A model generated the notes under the pieces. The model was not told the DNA's origin, made no database searches, and worked only from the letters and a program-made list of their open reading frames with translations. Shown piece by piece: positions 59,027 through 64,000 of a DNA stretch of 64,000 nt. The DNA is from Phaeosaccion multiseriatum (lineage: Eukaryota > Protista > Ochrophyta, other classes). A program made the translations under genes and the position numbers. Position 1 is the stretch's first letter, and every line of letters begins with the position of its first letter. The stretch lies in NCBI GenBank assembly GCA_965112735.1, contig OZ218965.1:1426001-1490000 (forward strand), written 5' to 3'.

Positions 59027-60548
59027 TCATTTCGCAGGCGCCACCTCAACGGCGCTGTCCTCGGCTTCCTCGTCTTCCTTGTCTTCTTCAATGGAGAGCA
59101 TCCACGGTTCAAACGCATCGCCAAACAAATCCAGCAAGCCATCATGGAGTTTGTTAAAGTTGGTAGTCGAACGCATCACGACCTCCCACTCCTTCATTTC
59201 CGCGTCGGTAAGCAAGCAGGCGTCCAGAGTACTCTCTAAAAGAGCCTGATCGAGTCCCGCGCCAATAAAGACGATTGCTTGACGTCGATCACCCCATTCA
59301 CCAACCCACGCCTTCTTGATGCCGTCACGAAGCTCTGGTTCCCAGTCTTCTTCAGGCCTGCAGGCGTAAAATGTGTGACCAGCACGCATCGTCAACATAC
59401 ACCCAGCTTGAGACCATAGCCCGGCGGCCATAGGGCGCGTTGCAAGCCAGAAATTTCCCTTGGAACGAAGTACGGGTCCAAACGACTTGTCCTTCCTTTT
59501 CGCCTCAATGATTTCCTGTGGCGTGGCTTGATGTATGTCGACGGGTTCATCTTCATCTTCGCCTTCGCTTTCTTCCTTGTCATCTTCCCCCTCCGAGTCT
59601 TCCTCCGCCGCGTCTTCAGGTGGAGGGTCGTCTTGCATCATCAGAAAGCGAGAGTCAAGGAGTCCCCCCAGACGCATGGGATGGAACGGGCGTCTTCGTG
59701 CATAAACGAAGCTTGTGATGCCGTACTCAACCGTTTCGGGCACCGGGGCTCTCTTCCCATTACTAAGGGTCGTCATCTCTCCCAAAGAACGTAACCATCC
59801 TGCAGAGAGAGAAGCGGTTTCGAAATCGAACTTGCCCGTGTTGAGAATCTTGTCCAACGGGGCGACCGAGTGTTTGGTTTGGAGGACCTCGGCAACAGGG
59901 TTCAAAGACTTGACGATCGCACTGATTTTGTCCAACACCTTCTTGGAGACCATATCGGTCTTGTTGAGGAGAATTACGTCGGCAAACTCGATCTGGTCCA
60001 CCATCAAGTTGGTAATCGTACGCTCGCTTCCGTCGTCAAGGATTTCGCTGGACTCGAAGGTATCCAAAAAGTTGAGCGCGTCAACCACCGTCACGCACGT
60101 GTCTAGACGCGCAATCTTGTTGATTCCACCAAGCTCAATCAACGCGTCATACGTCTTCTTGAATTGCTGGTCTTCCTCCGAATCGCCGTGTTCAATCGCG
60201 TCCTGAACAAATTCCGTTGTAAACGTCTCGGCAACTTGCATTGGCTCCGAAATCCCGGTGGATTCAATGATGATGCAGTCAAACGAGCCCTGCTGTACCA
60301 GGTTATAGACTGCCTCCAGCAAATCACCACGTAAAGTGCAGCAGATGCAGCCATTCTCCATCGATACCAACTTTTCCTCCTTCTGGACCATGTTCGTGAC
60401 CAAACCCGCGTCAACATTAAGGGCAGCCATGTCATTCACGATAACCGCACATCGATAGCCATGGTCCTTGGATTGGAGAATGTATTTCAGCAGTGTCGTC
60501 TTGCCGGCACCGAGGAAGCCACTGAGAAGGGTGATCGGGGAGGACCAT
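59027..60548 (-). CDS. COG0523/CobW-family G3E P-loop GTPase (zinc metallochaperone), intronless, apparent 1-nt frameshift near the start
   Basis: PITLLSGFLGAGKTT, NGCICCTLRGDL, IIIESTGISEP, DQIEFADVILLNKTD; CobW_C motifs RPFHP, LRSKG, WSQAG, WGDRRQ. Confidence 0.9.
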
Positions 60549-60784
60549 GACTTTTGCGAAAAGTGAAAATATGAAATCATCCGTGCCACTCCAAACCACT
60601 ACCCCGGTGGGTAAGCACGCGCAAAAGTAAAGATTCATTTAATATTCATATCTTACGGTTACAGATTGTGGGAGGGAAGTTGGGGAAGGCTGGGGGAGGC
60701 CATGGGGGAAGAAAGCAGGCAGGCAGGGAGAGTAGGGAACAGGGAAAGACTGACTGTGAAAGATGCCGGAGGGGGAGGGGGGGG

Positions 60785-61430
60785 GTGATGTGTGAGCTCT
60801 TCTCCTGCCCCCAGAGGCCAGCCACCCCCCTGCGTCCGCGGCAGGCAGGGCCTGGAGCTGCAGTCTGTGCTTGCCCATCATGTAACCATATATGCTGTGG
60901 CCTACCGCTTGCCCCTGCGCTGCCTTGTGCACGCTTCAGAGATGGTGCAGAAGCCAAGGGTGTCCAACGGCACTCCAACGGCAAATGGCAGGTGTGTACC
61001 GACCAGCACAGTGCCGCCTGCCTCCTGTCCGCTCTTCTCCCACCCTCCTCCTTCCTCTCGTCTCCTTCCCACTCCCCTCTTCTTCCCTCTCCTCTTCTTT
61101 CTTGCTTCCGCCGCCCTATAGCTACTCAATGAGACGGGGAGGTAGATGGAAGGGTCGTGATGTATGAGCTCTTCTCCTGCCCCCTCTGCCTCCCCCGCGC
61201 CTCCTCGGCGCGCCTGGCTGAAGTTGCTTACCCATGCATGTACCCATGTATGCTATGGTCTGGTCCAGAATCCAAGGTAGTCCAACGGCACTCCAACGGC
61301 AAGCGGCAGGTGTGTACCGACCAGCAGAGTGCCGCCTGTCCGCTCTTCTTCCACCCTCCTCCTTCCTCTCGTCTCCTTGCTTGTTCCCACTTCCCTCTTG
61401 TTCTTCCCTCTCCTCTTCTTTCTTGCTTCT
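60785..61430 (+). repeat. Imperfect tandem duplication (~370-bp period) containing an exon-like [12 protein letters not shown] segment
   Basis: GTGATGT.TGAGCTCTTCTCCTGCCCCC and GTCCAACGGCACTCCAACGGCAA...GGCAGGTGTGTACCGACCAGCA each occur twice. Confidence 0.75.
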
Positions 61431-62961
61431 GTCTGTCTCTCTGTCTCTCTGCCTGTCTGGCTGTGTGTCTGTGTCTCTGCCGCCTGCCTGCCTGTCCGTG
61501 TCTCCCTGTCTGCCTCTCTGTCAGTGTGTCTCGGCCTGTGTCTGTCTGTCTGCCTGTGCATCTGCCTGTCTGGTTGGGTGTCTGTGTGTGTGTCTGCCTG
61601 CGTGTCCGTCGGTATGTGTGGCTGGGCCTGTATGCCTGTCTGACCATGCATGTTCTTCTCTCTGTCTACCTGTCTCTCTTGTCTGTCTGTCAGTCTCCGT
61701 ATTCTCTGTTTGCCTGAGTTATGCTTAGCTGGTCTGCCTTCTTGGCTGTCTACCCCTGCCTGCCTTGCTTGTACTGCCAGTCCATGCATGCTAACTGTAG
61801 CCACCCCTCTCTCCCTCGCTCCCCGCTTTCCACGCCGCATGAACAATGCTGACACTGTCGTCGAAGATCATCATGGAGGGTGTTGGTGCGAAGTACGATG
61901 AAGGCTTTTCGCACCCAATGTATCCGCTGGCGAAGGTGGTCACCAAGCTCATCAAAGGCACCCTGGAGACCTAGGAGCGGGCTGAAAAGGAGCAAGTAGG
62001 CGCCGGATCGGCTAGAGGTGGAGCACGCAGCGTAGCTACGTAGTTGCGCCCAATCACTCCGCGCCCCAGCGTTGTGGCCTCTCTTTTTATTCCATTGTGG
62101 TTATTCCTGCAAAAAAAAAATCAATTGAAAGGCTAGATTAAAAAGGTGCTAAGTAAGGCAGGCTTAAATAAGAAAGGGGGTTTCATTAAAGGCCGAAAAG
62201 CCTCTAATTTACGATTGGTGTTGTGTAGCGCTATTTTGGCCGATTTGAGGCTTTTCGTTTTCATCTGGCGGGCGAGGGCGGAGCTGGCATCCCTAAATCC
62301 AGCTAAATATGCCCACGGGAGGCCCATATTCGATTTTGGGTAAGGGGGTATGCTTCCCAGCCAAGAGTGACCTATTTGGGAGGGGGGGGGAGCAGGTAGC
62401 TAAGGGTAGCTGCTATGCCTCCCGAGGCTGCCCGTGGGAGTGCATGCATACCCTACCCTGGCGAGAAGTTGTAACCCAGCGGGCAGGGTAGGTGTGAAAG
62501 AGTGCATCCATTGGGCATAGTTAGCTAGGTGGGTGCATTCGGGAAGGGGCGGGGAAGTGCCAAGGTCACCAAGGGGGGAACGCTTCACAAATTCTGACCT
62601 CCCTCCTTATAGAGGAGAGGCAAGCTTCTGCGGATATGCGACTTCGTACACTTGGCTGGACCTTGTTGTATTGAAGTACTTTGTACTACAAGTAGTATTT
62701 AATGTTAAATAATGTCGTCTTCTTTCTTTTCTGCTTGGTTCCATGCCGCACTCTTGCATGGGCAAAAGGGGGGGGTCAGAGTGATGAAACGCTCACGCTC
62801 AAACGCCGAATCTTACAATTTCTCTTTTTTCCCTCTTTCCTCCTTCTTGCTTCGTAGTACCTCACATTGCAAGAGGAAAAAACCGTGTACGATGGTGCGT
62901 CTTCCCCCCCCCGATCACTCTCTCTTCTCCGAAGCGTACACTACTGTAGCACGCGAACAGC

Positions 62962-64000
62962 ATGATGAAGAACGTGGCATTGGTTGTTGCAGCAGCAGCG
63001 ACGGCTTACGGTAAGTGGGCGAGCGAGTGAAGTGGTTGGGAGCCCTTCCCTCGCTCAGAAGAGATACCTGAGGGAGGGAGCGAAGGAGAGCAGCAGGGAT
63101 GGAATCAAAGGCCACGTGAAGTGGTGGCGGCGGGCACTTTTTCCCCTCCCTCATCATCTGCCTGCTTCTTTCCCTCCCTCACCGTCTGGCACACCCGTTC
63201 TCCAGCGGCCCCCTTGTGCCCTCTTGACAGCCCCGGCAGTGGGAACAATATTTTCTTCAACCCGAACTTCTTCGACGACTTGGCCGGTTGGTCAACGTTC
63301 ATAAAGGGAGAGGAAACCACCCTAGAGGGCAGCATCACCAGTATTGCGGGAGGCGGAGCCTTGTTCGAGGTTGAAACCGCTGGAGAAGAGGCATGGCACA
63401 TGCAAATCTTCCAGGCGTTTGACATCCCCGTCGCAGGAGAGACGTACACGTTGGTGTTTGATGTCGAAGCTGTGGATGACGTCGGAGGGGAGGCGATTTT
63501 GTACATTCAGCAAACCGCCTCCCCATACACCTTCTTTGGCAGGGAGGCGTGCGTTGTGGATGACGAGGGTACGATCACGACGTGCAGCGTGACCGCTGTC
63601 ATCGATGACATAACCGCCCCTGTCAAGTTCGGCATTGAAGCTGGGGCAACAGAGGGTCTCTTCCTCATTACGGGGGCCGCGACGTGTTTGGCCCCAGCAG
63701 CAACGCCATCCCCTGTACCGGCTGGCCCGCCCGTCCCGACGTGTCCCGCTGGTACCGTCAACCTTTTCGCCAACCCAGGCTTCGACGGCGGCCTAGAGCC
63801 GTGGGGTACCTTCGTCAAGACAACCGATACCTCCCTCGTGGGGAGCATCACCGACGCTGGCAGCGGAGCCTTGTTCGATATCGAGTCTTCTGGCCAAGCG
63901 GATTGGCACATGCAAATCAGTCAGATCATCCCCGTGCCCGTTGTAGGGCAGAGCTACACTCTGACGTTTGTCATGACTGCCGAGGATGGGGAGGGAGGTG
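62962..64000 (+). CDS. Secreted protein with tandem CBM4/9-like carbohydrate-binding modules (runs off the window)
   Basis: Signal peptide MMKNVALVVAAAATAYA; intron 63011-63205; two modules NIFFNPNF..W...WHMQIFQ...GETYTLVF and NLFANPGFDGGLEPW...WHMQISQ...GQSYTLTF joined by a Pro-rich linker. Not in the supplied ORF track. Confidence 0.75.

Overview
Eukaryotic, GC-rich and very microsatellite-rich DNA. It is probably from a stramenopile alga, inferred from gene content and intron style; this cannot be proven from the window. Intron-rich host genes are FAM32A, a Spinster-like MFS transporter, a MAP3K-type kinase with a split C-terminal SH3, a ~20 kb EF-hand/SAM/kinase/TPR/pseudokinase gene, a MAP3K-like pseudokinase, a DysF/coiled-coil/PH protein and a secreted tandem CBM4/9-like protein. 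They are interrupted by an intronless island (16.3-25 kb) holding two FNIP-like repeat genes and two ankyrin-like genes. A COG0523/CobW GTPase lies in a second repeat-poor region. Two signals stand out. (1) The ankyrin gene pair sits between two direct copies of a 250-bp TIR element whose 6-bp target duplications are swapped (CCTTCT-M-CGCGCT...CGCGCT-M-CCTTCT). This is the geometry of a cointegrate with a circular DNA, and a third related element confirms the 6-bp TSD. (2) The 15-mer CAG-TTGGTGATA-CAG is scattered at more than 20 sites through exons (several frames, both strands), introns and a UTR of unrelated genes. Exon boundaries were placed by eye and are approximate, and all family assignments are by motif recognition rather than database search.
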